This document shows positions 9,358 to 19,259 of a DNA stretch of 64,000 nt, in pieces. The stretch is from Desulfatiglandales bacterium (lineage in GTDB: Bacteria > Desulfobacterota > DSM-4660 > Desulfatiglandales > HGW-15). Location: positions 832,001-896,000 of the forward strand of contig CAXXJJ010000004.1 in assembly GCA_963667015.2 (NCBI GenBank), in the 5' to 3' direction. Under the pieces are notes generated by a model. That model did not search any database, was not told where the DNA came from, and was given only the letters and a program-made list of their open reading frames with translations. How positions within the stretch are numbered: position 1 is the first letter of the stretch; each line of letters begins with the position of its first letter. The position numbers were made by a program, and so were the translations under genes.

Positions 9358-10845
9358 CTATGCCGCCAAAAGCGATTTACACAAAGCCGTTGCAGTCCTC
9401 ACCGGAACAGCATTCCCTATCTGTTTAACCACATCCCTTTTATTACCGGTAAACCGATACCCTTTTTCAAAGCTCATAGCAGCCGCCAGTTCGTGCGGCT
9501 GCAGCATCCGGAATAAAATATCAAGCTGCACAGGTTCAACCAGACCGAATCGATCCGTAGTGGTAATAGTATCCAGCGTTTCTTTAACGCTTTTGGCTAT
9601 ACCTGACCCGTAATACTTCACGAGAAAAGGCTCACATAAATAAAGGTGCGGTTGTGTTGTAACAGTGGGTAAAGGTTCGTTAACACCTCTTACACCGCTT
9701 TTACCCTTAAGGATGGTTATAAAAGGCTCTACTAAACCGATATTGTTTGAGCTGCTGCCGGTTATTGTCTGTAGTGGCCTGTCTATATCCCTGGGTGGAG
9801 TGTTTCTACATATTTCATCCAAATTACTACCGTGCGGGTGAGGTAAAATAAAAGGTTCACAAAGGCCAAACCTATTGGATGTGTCAAGGGTGGCTACAGG
9901 CTTATTGATGGAATGGATGCGCCTGACACTATCATCCCTGCCTTTATGATCACCGTGGTATTTTACAAGGAATGGTTCACACACACCGATATGATTACCA
10001 CTCGCCGTCACTGTAGGCATAGGTCTATGGATTGACCGAGCATCATTACTACCATACATCATAACCAGGAACGGTTCTGCAGCATCGCCACCATATTTCT
10101 TAAGCCCTGCCTCTATTCGCTTGAGCGTCGCTGGCCTCAAAGGTTTTTTCCTGTTAAAAATACTCTGCCCTTTCAGATCCCAGTCTATGATATCCCTGGC
10201 GGCAATCCATTTTTTAAGGTTTTCAGCCCCTGTTTCATTATGTGAAGGCTCAGGCCATTTTATTTTACAGTTACCTTTTTTGGCCCTGATAAACAGCCTG
10301 GTCCGTGTTGTGGGATCCCCGTAATCCGCAGCGCATATAATTTTATCTTCAACAGTATATCCCAGGGATCGGATAGCATTAAGGTATGCTTCATATGTTT
10401 CACCTGCCCTGCTTTGCATACGCCGGCCTTTTATATCTAGCGGCCCCCATTTACGAAATTCCGGAACATTTTCCAGAAGCACTTCATCGGGCTGGCCTGC
10501 CTCTATCCACCGTGGCACACACCATGCCGATGCCCTGAGCTGTTCTTTTATTGGTTTCCCGCCCCGGGCATTGCTATGGAATATACATTCAGGGGATGCA
10601 ACCAGAAAGTGCAGCCTTTTACCGGGCATATCCTTCAATACTTCCCGCGGATTTAAGCTATCCAGGTCCGCCCACAGGTGCCGCGCCCAGGGATGGTTCT
10701 CACGGTGAGTATTAAGGGCAATCCGCCAATGGTTGACCGCAACCAGGTTAACCTTGCGTCCCATGGCCTGTGCTGCATGCCATAATCCCGTGCTGGTACC
10801 ACCGCCCCCACAAAACAAATCCGCCGCGTTAATAATTTCAGCCAT
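9358..10845 (-). CDS. DNA (cytosine-5) methyltransferase
   Basis: DLFCGGGG, SPEC, ENV, RTRLF and QIGNAV motifs; repeated EPF units in the variable region. Confidence 0.93.
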   Translation of the reverse strand: MAEIINAADLFCGGGGTSTGLWHAAQAMGRKVNLVAVNHWRIALNTHRENHPWARHLWADLDSLNPREVLKDMPGKRLHFLVASPECIFHSNARGGKPIKEQLRASAWCVPRWIEAGQPDEVLLENVPEFRKWGPLDIKGRRMQSRAGETYEAYLNAIRSLGYTVEDKIICAADYGDPTTRTRLFIRAKKGNCKIKWPEPSHNETGAENLKKWIAARDIIDWDLKGQSIFNRKKPLRPATLKRIEAGLKKYGGDAAEPFLVMMYGSNDARSIHRPMPTVTASGNHIGVCEPFLVKYHGDHKGRDDSVRRIHSINKPVATLDTSNRFGLCEPFILPHPHGSNLDEICRNTPPRDIDRPLQTITGSSSNNIGLVEPFITILKGKSGVRGVNEPLPTVTTQPHLYLCEPFLVKYYGSGIAKSVKETLDTITTTDRFGLVEPVQLDILFRMLQPHELAAAMSFEKGYRFTGNKRDVVKQIGNAVPVRTATALCKSLLAA

Positions 10846-11357
10846 CAGTTAATCTCCGACGGATCGTGTCGAAGCTTTAAATTTAAAACCATCGTGGTGC
10901 CCTGGTATTTTTCGAGTTTAATATCTCCCAGCTTTTTCAGGGTGGTGGCAAATTTTTTTCTTTTTAAAAAATTCCCTTCAGGATTTTCGTCATCCCACGA
11001 TGAATATGCTTCATAAAGTTTTCTAAATAAAATCTTGCCACCCTCTTTAGGCCTACAGCATTGATGTAAAAAATTCGATACACTTTGTATGGCGGGATCC
11101 TCTCTATCATTCCTTTTCTCAGCCATACCATTAAAATAAACAACACCTTGATCATCTTCCAGCAAAGAAAATTTATTCTGCGACACATAAAGCATAAAAA
11201 AGGTGGGACTTAAAGGTCGTAGCTGATTAATAGAAGCCCATATACCGTACTCTTTATATGCTTCTATTAAGGTTTTCTTTTCCTCGGATACTACTTCATA
11301 ATTATTTAAAAACTGATCAATAGTTGTCTCCACTACCTTGTAAAATTTATCTGTCAT
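10845..11357 (-). CDS. Hypothetical protein with a primase C-terminal-like winged helix
   Basis: FL..CC...LYEAYSSW...KKFATTLKKLG resembles the D5 C-terminal domain. Confidence 0.55.
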   Translation of the reverse strand: MTDKFYKVVETTIDQFLNNYEVVSEEKKTLIEAYKEYGIWASINQLRPLSPTFFMLYVSQNKFSLLEDDQGVVYFNGMAEKRNDREDPAIQSVSNFLHQCCRPKEGGKILFRKLYEAYSSWDDENPEGNFLKRKKFATTLKKLGDIKLEKYQGTTMVLNLKLRHDPSEIN

Positions 11358-11370
11358 TTCTCTCTCCTTT

Positions 11371-11847
11371 TTATTTATATAATCCGGGCAACATATACTG
11401 CACGAACGCGGCCTGTCGTAGTTCGTTGTTAAAATCCTGCCCTCTCTTCCGGCAACGGTCCCTCCACTGCAACAACCCCAGAACTATCCCCGCTTTATTA
11501 GTGCTGTAAAATATATTTGCTACCTTCGCCATTTGAACCAATTGTTTTTTCTTATAATTGGGAACTATTTCGTTTACCAGCTGCCGGGCTTTTTCCTGTC
11601 TTTGAAGAGGATTATCAGAATTATATTCTCCCCAGGTTGCTAACTCCGTTCGTAAAATTGCCACTGACAAAAGTCTTTTAATTCTCACCTCTTTTGTTCC
11701 GGAATGAGGACACCCTATCAGTCTGCACAATGCCTCCAACTCATCACCTGTACATGGAGATAACATCTCTTCAGTCCAGTCTTTCGGATACGATCTGTAC
11801 AGTTTTACCCACCTATGACTTGTTAATTTCATTCCCATAAACCTCAA
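11371..11847 (-). CDS. Hypothetical protein (SAP-like motifs)
   Basis: ELEALCRLIGCPHSGTKEVRIKRL. Confidence 0.55.
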   Translation of the reverse strand: MRFMGMKLTSHRWVKLYRSYPKDWTEEMLSPCTGDELEALCRLIGCPHSGTKEVRIKRLLSVAILRTELATWGEYNSDNPLQRQEKARQLVNEIVPNYKKKQLVQMAKVANIFYSTNKAGIVLGLLQWRDRCRKRGQDFNNELRQAAFVQYMLPGLYK

Positions 11848-11857
11848 ATCGGTTTTT

Positions 11858-12946
11858 TTACTTTTTCCTCAGCCCGGGCGGCAACCCTGCATTTACCCAT
11901 TGCCGTATATCAACCCCAGCCTGCCATGCCTCGCCCGGGTCCTTTTCCTTATTAACCGGCCATCTTACAGACTCCGGAAAATTCTGCTCCCACCACGGCC
12001 AGGCCACAGCACCGGCCTTGTCAAAATCAAGGGCATTCATGATATGACAGCTATCTCTAAGTATCCCGGTAGCCCTTTCGTCCGGCTTCACGGCCACACT
12101 GCCCAGCGGCATAGATCCCACCAGGTCGCCGGCTTCCTGGGCAACCAGCAAACCGTCAAAATCACTTTCAATTATCATGTGTGCTTTTCTATCAGGATTA
12201 ATTACAGTGGTTCTGGTGGATCCGCCAGGCACAAAATAATATTTCATGTCGGGATTAAAGCTTAAGTCCGCCCTGCGTATCCGCAGTTTAACAACGTTGT
12301 TTCCTTCTATATCGGGGATTACCCAGCCTTTCGGTATCCACAATACTTTATCCTTACCCTGATCATTTTTTTCAGGAGGCAGGCCCCACACTTCCCGAGG
12401 CCGGTACAGGTCGCCTCCCCCCTCTTTTTCACACCATCCAATGCCATACGCTTTAATGGTCCCCATATTTATCCCACGATCGCATAGGTATTGCAGCGCA
12501 TCTTTATTATTAAGCAGATTATTGAAAGCCCAATCTGTAAATCGACCTGCAGCACGCATCCAGGTATCGGAAGGCATGGCGCTTTTTTTTGGTGACCATA
12601 ATGGCGGATCTTTTACATCCGGATATTTGTTTTTAACCTTACTGAAAAAACTGCCCTTCACCTCCATACCGAACATGCCGGCTACCGCCTTGACCGCCTC
12701 AGTGAAGGAAACCTTATTGAATTCTTTGTAAAACTCAATTACATCACCATCGGCTTTACACCCGAAACAGTAGTACTTTTGCTTTGCTGGTATAACGCTA
12801 AAGGAAGGGGAACCATCGGCGTGGAAAGGACAGAGAGCCCAGAAATCCTTTCCCTTCTTTTTCAACTCCACAACACTGCCAATCACCTCAACAATATCAG
12901 CAGCCCGTTTAACCTCTTCAACAAATGCTTTAAATTCCTGGCTCAT
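11858..12946 (-). CDS. DnaG-type primase (CHC2 zinc finger plus TOPRIM)
   Basis: CPFH...CFGC zinc finger, IESDFD, LDFDKAG and KDPGE motifs. Confidence 0.9.
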   Translation of the reverse strand: MSQEFKAFVEEVKRAADIVEVIGSVVELKKKGKDFWALCPFHADGSPSFSVIPAKQKYYCFGCKADGDVIEFYKEFNKVSFTEAVKAVAGMFGMEVKGSFFSKVKNKYPDVKDPPLWSPKKSAMPSDTWMRAAGRFTDWAFNNLLNNKDALQYLCDRGINMGTIKAYGIGWCEKEGGGDLYRPREVWGLPPEKNDQGKDKVLWIPKGWVIPDIEGNNVVKLRIRRADLSFNPDMKYYFVPGGSTRTTVINPDRKAHMIIESDFDGLLVAQEAGDLVGSMPLGSVAVKPDERATGILRDSCHIMNALDFDKAGAVAWPWWEQNFPESVRWPVNKEKDPGEAWQAGVDIRQWVNAGLPPGLRKK

Positions 12947-12975
12947 TTTTTATTTATTAAAATTTCTTTTTATCC

Positions 12976-13081
12976 TGTAGACCTTTAGGGATGATATGTA
13001 GACCTTTGGCAATGATCATCTACATATATAATTACTTTAATATCAGCTTGTTATATCGATTTAGGGAGGATGTAGACCTTT
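12976..13081. repeat. Iteron-like repeats, putative origin of the left element
   Basis: TGTAGACCTTT at 12976, 12997 and 13071 around an AT-rich spacer, between the two primase genes. Confidence 0.6.
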
Positions 13082-13255
13082 ATTGCAGGTTTTATGCTGG
13101 CGCAGTTCAAAAACCCGCCAGAGGTATAATATATAGAAAAATGTGCACCTTCCCTCCCTGTAAGCATGCAGACGAATAGGCTACCATCGTCAATAACCAG
13201 CAAAAACGGAAGGTTAAGAGAAGGCTGAATACAAATTGATTTTGAGGTGAATCGT

Positions 13256-14848
13256 CTACTTATCATCCCTGTCCAGCTCGTAAATATTCTTGTTTAGTTC
13301 AATATCCCTGTAGTGCACAACACCACTGATTTTACTGGAGTTATATTTTCGTTTCATCATGGCACCGAAACGCTTGTGTGAAATAGATGCTTTAGGGCCG
13401 TTGTTGGCCTTGAACCATTTTGAAAAAGCCTGGTAGATCTCTCCGGATTTGGTCTTGGAACCTTTAACATTTTCAATATACCTATCCACGAAATTACCCA
13501 GGAGATCTTCTTCCTGCATGTATTCCAGGGTCGCATCCTTTACAGCCTGCGGGGGATCCAGGCCCTTATCAAGATATTCAATACACCCTCGAACCAGCCA
13601 TGCCAGGATGGCCGAGGATTCCTTTTTGAGTTTTTCCTCAAGATCCGGATCCGCCTGGCGCTCGAACGCTTCCAACTGATCTGCGGGTTTGGTGACATAG
13701 GATAAAACAAAAGGTATAAGCAGCATGCGTTTCCAGAAGGCATAATCATCGCCGGCCACACTGGGTTTATTATTGGTCATTAAAAATATGGTGTGACTGG
13801 GATCGAAGCGGCTGGGCCTTTTCTCCTGCAGACCTCTACCCACCAGCTGATCACCGCCTGTAAGCCACTTTACACGGGCTGCACTGAATCTCTGTCCTTC
13901 CTCAGTCTCGGAGGCAAACGCCAAACGCAGGCCTTTTAGATCGACAATATCAGGAGACGGGCCTGCGGAACTGCGCTGCATTTTCTGATAAAGAAGCAGC
14001 TCGGTCGGTATGGTTCCGGATAAAGCACCCATGACATGCTCTATAATCCTTACCAGAGTGCCTTTACCGTTACGGCCCTTGCCCCAGAAAACGACCATTA
14101 TATGCTCCCGGGTAAGACCGGTGATGGCGTATCCGAGCAGGCGCTGCAGGAATTTTGCCAATTCTACATCGCCGTTCATGATATCCATGATGAATTTTTC
14201 CCATTCGACTGGCATGGCCTCATAGTCGGCCCACTCAGTGGGGCATGTTTTAGTAATGTACTCATCAGGGCGGCCGTCACGGAATTTGCCCGATCTAAGA
14301 TCGATCACACCATTTGGGCACCCTAGTACCCAGGGGTTAAGATCCAATTTACCCTCCTTTATAACGATTGGTTTTTTACAGGAAATAGCAAAATTAACAG
14401 CCTGATTACGACCACGTACAGTCCTGAGCCGTGAGATTCTTTTATACAGGCTGTCTCTATATCGGGCATGCTTGGATTGCAGGCTGTCATCATTCTTTTT
14501 GACCGCTTCATTGATCTTTTCTGTAATCTGTGCCGTCTCTTCCAGTAACCTGTCCACTATATTTTCTACAGCAGCCTGATACTGGTTATATTCATCAATC
14601 ATCCAGTGATGCCCGGCCCACCTTAGCCACTCTTTAGTAGTAACATTGAAGAGGAATTTATCTCTATTGAGAACAGTATATAAAATACCATCGCCCAACT
14701 CATTGGCATCCATACACATTTTCACAAATAGAGAAGAGATAGTCCCGTTATTTAATTCCAGAACTGGGTATAAGGCCTCTTCCTGTTTAAGGCGTTCTTT
14801 AACCTCTTCCTCGATGATCTCAGTAGGAGTTTTATCCGATTCAGTCAT
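13256..14848 (-). CDS. P4/D5-family primase-associated SF3 helicase
   Basis: NGVIDLRSG, GKGRNGKGT Walker A, KWLTGGD, TNNKP and AFWKRM motifs. Confidence 0.93.
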   Translation of the reverse strand: MTESDKTPTEIIEEEVKERLKQEEALYPVLELNNGTISSLFVKMCMDANELGDGILYTVLNRDKFLFNVTTKEWLRWAGHHWMIDEYNQYQAAVENIVDRLLEETAQITEKINEAVKKNDDSLQSKHARYRDSLYKRISRLRTVRGRNQAVNFAISCKKPIVIKEGKLDLNPWVLGCPNGVIDLRSGKFRDGRPDEYITKTCPTEWADYEAMPVEWEKFIMDIMNGDVELAKFLQRLLGYAITGLTREHIMVVFWGKGRNGKGTLVRIIEHVMGALSGTIPTELLLYQKMQRSSAGPSPDIVDLKGLRLAFASETEEGQRFSAARVKWLTGGDQLVGRGLQEKRPSRFDPSHTIFLMTNNKPSVAGDDYAFWKRMLLIPFVLSYVTKPADQLEAFERQADPDLEEKLKKESSAILAWLVRGCIEYLDKGLDPPQAVKDATLEYMQEEDLLGNFVDRYIENVKGSKTKSGEIYQAFSKWFKANNGPKASISHKRFGAMMKRKYNSSKISGVVHYRDIELNKNIYELDRDDK

Positions 14849-14914
14849 GTAGTTTCAGAAGAATATCAAAAATTGAAAAATTGAAAGCATTACAAAAATT
14901 TCTAAGTAGCTGCA

Positions 14915-14962
14915 GTTCGGGGTGCGAACAACCGCAAAGGGGCAAGCGCCGGAAAGGACCCG
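14915..14962 (-). other. Lambda-like cos site (cosQ plus cosN-like)
   Basis: Minus strand CGGGTCCTTTCCGG matches the lambda cosQ region as I recall it; followed about 22 nt later by CG-GTTGTTCGCACCC-CG; element encodes a GpA terminase. Confidence 0.6.
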
Positions 14963-15230
14963 GGCGCTGGCGCGAGGGTCATAGACCATTGGACGGCATC
15001 CTATAAAAGGGGGAGAGGGGGAATGGGCGATGGCGCACAGCTGCGTGTGGATTTGTTTATTGTCGTAGATCATATGTTGTTATGGAATTTAAGAGAGAGG
15101 AAAAACTAAAAGGTGTAAAACAATACTGACGTATCGTTTTACAAGATGTTTTGATGTGTGATTAAGTGCCATTGCCATTGCAAAATCATTGCAGCATTGG
15201 TTAAGTTATTGTTTTATTTATAGGAATTAT

Positions 15231-15299
15231 CGGACTTCAAATCCGGTGCAACGGGCTAAAACCTCGTTGGGTGGGTTCGATTCCCATGCACTTCCGCCA
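15231..15299 (+). pseudogene. selC: 3' fragment of tRNA-Sec (UCA anticodon), att core between the two elements
   Basis: CGGA-CTTCAAA-TCCG anticodon arm, long variable arm, GGTTCGATTCC T-arm, GCACTTCCGCCA end; the 5' half is absent. Confidence 0.9.
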
Positions 15300-15380
15300 C
15301 TCATTTTAATAATATCAACTACTTACGCCCTATAATTATATTTAATTATATTCCAGAAATATTCCAGTAAAATTTAAAAG

Positions 15381-16595
15381 CTATTTTGCTTCCCTGCTTT
15401 TATCGATATCAATTACTTTCCGCTCCATCAGTTCTTTACGACGGTGTTTTTTAATTTCCCCGTAATGAAGAACGGATTCTCTTCGGGCGTGATCGGTAAC
15501 AGTCTGCAGCTCATCGATGGTTCCGCCCTTTTCATTTAAGAAAATATTGCAGGAAGTGTGTTTTGTCCCCTGGTAAAGCTCAATTTCAACGCCTGCTTTT
15601 TTTGCTGCTGCATTCCAATATCTTTCCAGTATCGCAACTGTATAATGTTTACCTTTAAGTTTTCCGGATGGGTTTACAAAGAAATAAGGGCTTATATAAC
15701 CTAATTTCTTCTGTTTTTTCTTTTCTATCTCATAATAAGGTTTGAATAACTCAACCATTGAAATATCATGTATTTCGCCGGTTTTTGTTGTATCGGTCAA
15801 TTTCTTATCTGAAAAAGTCCTATGAATGCAAAAATCTCCATCCTCATAATCTTCTTTATGAAGGGCACAGCCCTCCCCTGGCCTCCGGAAATGCATAATC
15901 AGCCATGCGAAAATCGGCTGATGGTCTTCTTCTATGTATTTTAATATCTCAGTCTGTTTGACCGAGGATACTGTTTTTGGCTTCTTTCTCTGAATCTTAT
16001 AATCTTTCTTCTTCGGAAATGGGGGTACGGCCTGAATTTTACCGTCTCTCCATGCGTAATCCAACATTGCATGAAGGCAGTACATTACATTCATTTTGCC
16101 CTTCCCCGCTCTTGGTATCCAGTTTTTGAGCTTAATTAATACCCCCCACTGAATCTCGTGGATCTGAACGGGGTTTGCAGAGAAAAACGGTTTAAGGTGA
16201 TTTTCAATGGTATTCTTGTAATCTCTACAAGTAGATGGTTTCAGATCTTCTTTTACTGCTTCATACCAATCATCAAGGTAGGGAATTACATCTGTCGGTA
16301 TCTCCTGGGTGTATTTCTCAATTCGGAAGTGGGCACCGCCCTTTTCAGCGTCTCCCTGCATAATAGACAGGAGTTTTTTGGCGCGTTCCTCGCTATCTAT
16401 TACCCCGCCCTTCATGAAATCCTTGGATATTTTGATATATCCCTTGGTTTTGGTGTCATACCAGTTAATTCTGTACCGGCACCGCTTGCCATACTTCTTC
16501 GAAATCCATTCTATTTTCTCGATAGACCCCTTCATACACTCCTCCCCGTGAAATGATCTTGGGGCGATGGTATATTTTTCTGCTGTGGATATCAA
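15381..16595 (-). CDS. int: Tyrosine integrase (probable start MKGSI near 16535)
   Basis: RRPGE (R), TKT (K), KHT, DH and HY catalytic pattern; SAM-like N-domain; adjacent to att. Confidence 0.88.
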   Translation of the reverse strand: MISTAEKYTIAPRSFHGEECMKGSIEKIEWISKKYGKRCRYRINWYDTKTKGYIKISKDFMKGGVIDSEERAKKLLSIMQGDAEKGGAHFRIEKYTQEIPTDVIPYLDDWYEAVKEDLKPSTCRDYKNTIENHLKPFFSANPVQIHEIQWGVLIKLKNWIPRAGKGKMNVMYCLHAMLDYAWRDGKIQAVPPFPKKKDYKIQRKKPKTVSSVKQTEILKYIEEDHQPIFAWLIMHFRRPGEGCALHKEDYEDGDFCIHRTFSDKKLTDTTKTGEIHDISMVELFKPYYEIEKKKQKKLGYISPYFFVNPSGKLKGKHYTVAILERYWNAAAKKAGVEIELYQGTKHTSCNIFLNEKGGTIDELQTVTDHARRESVLHYGEIKKHRRKELMERKVIDIDKSREAK

Positions 16596-16629
16596 GGGGG
16601 CACCTAAAAATTGATTCTCGCGTAAAAAA

Positions 16630-16863
16630 CTAAGGGTTTATATGATGTTTTTTGACAAATGGTGCAGATTCGAGAAGTCTTTTTGCTTTGCTTCTTGCGT
16701 GGTTCGGATTTTTTCCAAATCTATATTCCCAAAACTCACAATCCGTGACCTCACATTCTCTGACATCTTTTACCGGTTTATGAGATTCTTCCTTGCTTGG
16801 CTCCCAACCATGGCATTTCAGGCAATGAATTCTAATTGCTTTTAATGGGGTTGATTTATTCAT
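16630..16863 (-). CDS. Small Cys-rich phage protein
   Basis: PLKAIRIHCLKC...C...C.FW.YRFGKNP. Confidence 0.7.
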   Translation of the reverse strand: MNKSTPLKAIRIHCLKCHGWEPSKEESHKPVKDVRECEVTDCEFWEYRFGKNPNHARSKAKRLLESAPFVKKHHINP

Positions 16864-17054
16864 TTCACCTCAACAAAAAACACGTCCATGCCATCAGATC
16901 TTGAATCACCATGGCAGTCAAAATCTGCCCGGTTATAACATTCGGTTCCATGGAAGGCACAGCACCTGCATATATTAGAAAGCGGTTTGTGAGTAATCGG
17001 CTGCTCGTAATATTGTTTTCCATCAACTGTTATTTTGTTAAGTGGTTTGGACAT
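16860..17054 (-). CDS. Hypothetical Cys-rich protein
   Basis: Coupled ORF in the early operon. Confidence 0.6.
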   Translation of the reverse strand: MSKPLNKITVDGKQYYEQPITHKPLSNICRCCAFHGTECYNRADFDCHGDSRSDGMDVFFVEVK

Positions 17055-17505
17055 TTACGATTGTCTCTTCAGGTAATCGAATTTCTTTTTCAGTTGAGAA
17101 ATCTTCCCAAAATTGCAGATTTGATTCTTTTATATATTTTCGCCTTTTTTCCTGATGTTTAATTATTTCATCCAGAGTAAAATAATCTTTTTGCAACTCT
17201 TCAGCCTCAATCTGATGAGCAAATAAAGGAGTTTTTGCAGCCCGTTTTTTCATATTCCTGATGCGCTGAGCAAGCACATGTTCAGGCTTTTTGAATTTCG
17301 GATACTCAGGAACGAAAATGATACAAAGTGGTTTTCCATCACCTGGGACTGTATCAGCTGCTTTACATACAGCTTTTTCCATTTCATCATCTACTTTTGA
17401 GCCAAATCGAGAGGCACCCCAAACTATTGTGCTCCCCTTGTAATAGTGATCTTTGACTTCATAGATTCTGGTATTGGGAGGATATATGTTTTTTTCTTTA
17501 TTCAC
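17038..17505 (-). CDS. Hypothetical protein
   Basis: Coupled ORF in the operon. Confidence 0.65.
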   Translation of the reverse strand: MNKEKNIYPPNTRIYEVKDHYYKGSTIVWGASRFGSKVDDEMEKAVCKAADTVPGDGKPLCIIFVPEYPKFKKPEHVLAQRIRNMKKRAAKTPLFAHQIEAEELQKDYFTLDEIIKHQEKRRKYIKESNLQFWEDFSTEKEIRLPEETIVNVQTT

Positions 17506-17693
17506 TCAAGCGCCGGCAAAAGTTTTAACTTCATTCCCCAGGGAGAAATGTCCTTCACCATGAACCTGCTGCCTCTAATTTCCAGTATTTCTCCTTTCGT
17601 AAAAATACCTTTTGATTTGGGATATTTTTCCCTCATTTCATCCACATCTTCCAGGTCTTTAACTTCTTCAAACCTTCCTTTACCTGTATCCAT
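17502..17693 (-). CDS. Hypothetical protein
   Basis: RBS and ATGA overlap. Confidence 0.65.
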   Translation of the reverse strand: MDTGKGRFEEVKDLEDVDEMREKYPKSKGIFTKGEILEIRGSRFMVKDISPWGMKLKLLPALE

Positions 17694-17709
17694 TGTTACT
17701 TTCCTTTCA

Positions 17710-18381
17710 TTAATTTGTTAAAGATTTAAACTTTTCAATCGCCCGGAACATAGTATCCGTGAAAGGTTCGTTGTTTTCAGTTTGGGCAAGTATATAATCC
17801 CAACTACTGTGATCATTTTTGTAGCCATAGCTCATTACAAAATCGAATCTTTCAGGAAGTACCCTTATAGATACCCTGTAAGCAAACCTTGCCCTAGGGT
17901 GACAATTATTTAAAGATATATTTAATTTCCTGTCCTGCTCATTAAGGAGTTTTTCTAATGTGTCCTGCAAGTCTTTTTCTGAATATTCTGGATGGTCAAA
18001 AGGGATATAATGTTTAAAATATATCCACTTGCTTTCATTAATGCCGATACCGTTGTCTTTTTTCCATGCCGTAGTTAATGAGTTCCAAGAATCATCATAG
18101 AGCAGTGCATAATGGAATCTTTTTCGAAGGTGATCAATGCTATATATTCGATCAACCCACATATCATGATTTAAACATGTTGGTCGGCAATCCAATAAAT
18201 CCCAAATTCCGGAATGTCCATATTTATTATGATTTTCTCCTGTCCTTACAAACCATTGAAAGACATGAAAAGCTTGCTCAACTGTATATGGATATGGAAA
18301 GCCACAACATCCAGGTCGTAGAAAATCAATAAAATTTATTTTTGCTTTTGTTTGTAAATTACTCATTTTCTCTCCGGCCAT
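17710..18381 (-). CDS. Hypothetical protein
   Basis: 223-aa ORF in the operon. Confidence 0.65.
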   Translation of the reverse strand: MAGEKMSNLQTKAKINFIDFLRPGCCGFPYPYTVEQAFHVFQWFVRTGENHNKYGHSGIWDLLDCRPTCLNHDMWVDRIYSIDHLRKRFHYALLYDDSWNSLTTAWKKDNGIGINESKWIYFKHYIPFDHPEYSEKDLQDTLEKLLNEQDRKLNISLNNCHPRARFAYRVSIRVLPERFDFVMSYGYKNDHSSWDYILAQTENNEPFTDTMFRAIEKFKSLTN

Positions 18382-19238
18382 TGATCCCAGACCTTCCCGT
18401 CAAGCTCCGGCATAGAAAAAACTCTGTCTGTTAGATATCTATCTCCGGTCCCCGTTTTACATTCCTTCCCTGCCATCTGCTTCAGGAAGAAGGGGACGCC
18501 GGCTGCGGTGCACTGTTCTTTTAAAAACCTAACCCAATCAGTCTTAGTTTCACGCCTTTTACTGCCTGATTCACAGCCGCAGATTACCCAATTAATAAGG
18601 CTTGCAACATCGTATTCAATGGGACCTGATTCTCCGCCTCCGCCGCACGGACCGCCATATAAAATATCTGCTTTAAATAAATCAATTTCATCAAGCATTG
18701 GTTCAATACTTAAAAATTTAACAGAAGCAGGAATCTGTTTCAGCTCTTCCCATCTCTGTTCAAGTTGCTCCTGGTTCTCTGCTGTAACACCCATCCATGC
18801 CATATGCTGAAACCAGGCTACGACTTGAGGACATTGATATTTGCCCCATTCCCTCCATTTAAGTATGTTCTCAGGACGTTTTGTTAGAAATACCCATGTG
18901 TGTTTATGCTGTTTTCTATTAGCGGATATACAGGATTCAATGACTTTAGATATCCATTCAGGCTTTACATCATTATGGAAAAGGTCACCCATGAACTGCA
19001 CACCGATAACAGCAGGCCTTTTTCTATGAAGAGGGTCATTAAGCCGGGATGTTACTAAAACAGGTCCGCTATCTCCCGCGTATGCTGCCCTGACATCCAT
19101 AGGGAGTTTTTTATTTTCCTTTAATCTGTCTGCTGTCCTCAGATGCCAGCAATTATCACAGGAAGGTGAAACTTTAGTGCAGCGCATAGCTATTGGGTTC
19201 CATGTAAAATCAAGGTATTCAATTCCAGTTTTATTCAT
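18363..19238 (-). CDS. Phage Gp37/Gp68 (DUF5131) radical-SAM-like protein
   Basis: TWNP..CTKVSPSCDNC, MGDLFH, LTKRP, FLSIEPML, WVICGCESG and PFFLKQ motifs. Confidence 0.9.
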   Translation of the reverse strand: MNKTGIEYLDFTWNPIAMRCTKVSPSCDNCWHLRTADRLKENKKLPMDVRAAYAGDSGPVLVTSRLNDPLHRKRPAVIGVQFMGDLFHNDVKPEWISKVIESCISANRKQHKHTWVFLTKRPENILKWREWGKYQCPQVVAWFQHMAWMGVTAENQEQLEQRWEELKQIPASVKFLSIEPMLDEIDLFKADILYGGPCGGGGESGPIEYDVASLINWVICGCESGSKRRETKTDWVRFLKEQCTAAGVPFFLKQMAGKECKTGTGDRYLTDRVFSMPELDGKVWDQWPERK

Positions 19239-19259
19239 CGTTTAATTCCTTATATAATA

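Larger units (their letters stand above)
1..15230 (-). mobile_element. Second phage-related element (cos/GpA type), continues to the left of the window
   Basis: Has its own primases, terminase and cos; ends at the tRNA-Sec att. Confidence 0.8.

Noticed and set aside
14855..15073. 72-aa ORF
   Set aside because: Overlaps the cos-like site and has no protein-like features
15231..15299. Functional tRNA-Sec gene
   Set aside because: The 5' acceptor strand and D-arm are missing; upstream is AT-rich arm sequence
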